Shown here: positions 59,721-61,031 of the stretch, one piece after another
Layout of the letters: the number at the start of each line of letters is the position of its first letter
Position numbering within the stretch: position 1 is the first letter of the stretch
IMG/VR virus record: IMGVR_UViG_3300018411_000017
DNA length: 61,031 bases
Direction: 5' to 3' (one strand)
Source: a virus
Lineage: Duplodnaviria > Heunggongvirae > Uroviricota > Caudoviricetes
The notes under the pieces: generated by a model
The model's database searches: none
What the model saw: the letters and a program-made list of their open reading frames with translations, nothing else
Told to the model about the DNA's origin: nothing
Program-made: the position numbers and the translations under genes

Positions 59721-60071
59721 TTATTTATCATGCAGCCCGGGTCTCTCACACATATAGTCGATTAACTTTTCTAAATCTTCTAATGAATAGGTTTCTGGCC
59801 ATATACAAACATCAACACTCCTAACGACTCCCAAATCCAATGTTTTAACTAATTTTTCCTTTTCGTCTAATGATAGATAGTCATAATAGGCTAAAGATCC
59901 TCCGTCTGGTTCTTTCTTTAGATAAAATCCATAGTCATTTTTTAATATTTTAAATTGGTTAGTTTTTATATCATTTAGGAACTCTTCAGCTTTTTTATTT
60001 AAAGGATTGAATGTGTATATATCACCTTCTTTTGTATATGTAAAATTTACTTTTCTTTTTGTTATCTTCAT
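59721..60071 (-). CDS. Small protein, divergent family B member
   Basis: CIWPETYSLEDLEKLIDYM resembles the family B C-terminal motif. Confidence 0.6.
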   Translation of the reverse strand: MKITKRKVNFTYTKEGDIYTFNPLNKKAEEFLNDIKTNQFKILKNDYGFYLKKEPDGGSLAYYDYLSLDEKEKLVKTLDLGVVRSVDVCIWPETYSLEDLEKLIDYMCERPGLHDK

Positions 60072-60086
60072 GATCTATTTTTTTTT

Positions 60087-60132
60087 AAAAAAAAAAGAGG
60101 GAGATGCAAGGTTTGACCCAAACACCTCCCTC
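60087..60132 (-). terminator. Intrinsic terminator after the lysozyme-like gene
   Basis: GAGGGAG...CTCCCTC stem with a 10-nt A run on the plus strand (U run on the minus strand). Confidence 0.65.
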
Positions 60133-60155
60133 ATGGACTTATTAACAATTAACAA

Positions 60156-60749
60156 TTAAATATTTTCAAAATCTTTTAAGTATTTGAATAAGGATACTTG
60201 ATTGGCGTCTTTTACGTCACTTTTTTTCCCTTCTAATACATTAATAAGATCTCCTTTACCGATTAAATGAGCTGCTGCTGCTAGATTATATGGAGAGAGT
60301 TTTATCCCATTTATGGTTTTTCCATAATATTTACTTAATCCTTTATTATTCATATTAGCAAGCTTTAAAGCGGCTTCATGTTGTAACATCGAATTAGCCA
60401 TATAATCATCTCTGGATATGTTTACTGCGGATAATGCGGACTTCCCAAATTGGTACAATCCTGAATACCCAAATCTATTAACTATATCAGGTTGAAATCC
60501 AGATTCTTTTTTCGCTAATAACTTGAGATAATTTTTATCTCTATCGCCTATTTCCAAAGAATCAATTTCTTGTGTTATTTTGTTTTTATCTTTTATGACC
60601 AATTTATCTTTCTCTTCTTGTTTGGGTTTTATAGAAGCCAGATAACTTTGTTCTTCTGCTTTGTAAGCGTCTTGGTCTAACGCTTGCTGTTTTGTCCATA
60701 GATCTATCTTTTCTTCAGGAGATAGATCGTTATAAAGTTTATCACTCAT
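60156..60749 (-). CDS. Lysozyme-fold / lytic transglycosylase-like protein
   Basis: LAKKESGFQP..YSGLYQFG..QHEAA..AAAHLIG pattern (catalytic Glu plus GLYQ motif); charged coiled-coil N-terminus. Confidence 0.7.
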   Translation of the reverse strand: MSDKLYNDLSPEEKIDLWTKQQALDQDAYKAEEQSYLASIKPKQEEKDKLVIKDKNKITQEIDSLEIGDRDKNYLKLLAKKESGFQPDIVNRFGYSGLYQFGKSALSAVNISRDDYMANSMLQHEAALKLANMNNKGLSKYYGKTINGIKLSPYNLAAAAHLIGKGDLINVLEGKKSDVKDANQVSLFKYLKDFENI

Positions 60750-60994
60750 AATAGAGAAAATGAAAATCCATATTCTATATTTTTTATAGATTTCATGAAT
60801 TGTAAATTGTTTGCTTGATCTGATATAGGGAATAAATAAACATCCCCATTGTTTACGCTAATAGTTAATACATGATTATTCTTTTCTACGTATTTAATAA
60901 TACCTTCAAAAGGCGTATCATGAACGTGATTTTTAATTAACACTTTATCACCTATAGCTAAATTAGCGATGCTTTTAACTTTTGAAATATTCAT
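60746..60994 (-). CDS. Hypothetical protein
   Basis: 82 aa; IGDKVLI...FEGIIKYV suggests an SH3/KOW-like beta fold (weak); ATGA-coupled to the lysozyme-like gene. Confidence 0.6.
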   Translation of the reverse strand: MNISKVKSIANLAIGDKVLIKNHVHDTPFEGIIKYVEKNNHVLTISVNNGDVYLFPISDQANNLQFMKSIKNIEYGFSFSLL

Positions 60995-61031
60995 TTCTTA
61001 TATAATCTATTATTTTTTCTTTATCATATAA

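Noticed and set aside
1-61031. Stop-codon reassignment (TAG=Gln or TGA=Trp), known in some crAss-like phages
   Set aside because: ORFs up to 3007 aa are uninterrupted under the standard code, and TAA, TGA (e.g. 1774, 11687, 54788) and TAG (55419, 56072) all occur as gene ends; the MCP fragmentation is explained by introns.
1-61031. CRISPR arrays, tRNA or rRNA genes
   Set aside because: No regularly spaced direct repeats or cloverleaf-like segments were seen; intergenic gaps are short and accounted for.

Overview
This is a 61 kb, very AT-rich segment of a crAss-like phage genome (order Crassvirales, Bacteroidota host). The assignment rests on the crAss-type major capsid protein (MCP), the tail gene order, a giant virion RNA polymerase with a DYDID catalytic motif, and TAnnTTTG Bacteroidota sigma-A promoters; I cannot resolve the family. 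The plus strand (1-53970) carries the virion module: end of a tail-fibre gene, putative chaperone and spanin, a scaffold-like protein, and the MCP split into three exons by two group I introns that each encode a GIY-YIG homing endonuclease. These are followed by ring, auxiliary-capsid and tail genes, cargo/ejection proteins, and four giant genes (3007, 2939, 1366, 1463 aa) with SF1 helicase, RNAP, two HExxH zincin and PD-(D/E)xK nuclease motifs respectively. The minus strand (54023-60994) converges on a bidirectional terminator. It holds thyX, a metallophosphoesterase, an SPFH protein, a lysozyme-fold protein and 12 small genes from at least two paralog families that all start M-K/R-I. The standard genetic code fits throughout. 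Three observations stand out. (1) Read-through translation into either MCP intron adds exactly 8 residues ending in Ala-Ala-stop (KEILLLAA*, RKFKLSAA*), resembling an SsrA/ClpXP degron on unspliced capsid fragments. (2) Intron 2 appears to end in A instead of the near-universal omega-G. (3) The MKI gene arrays look like cassettes, and many take their stop codon from the next gene. Protein family calls come from motifs recognised by eye, not database searches.
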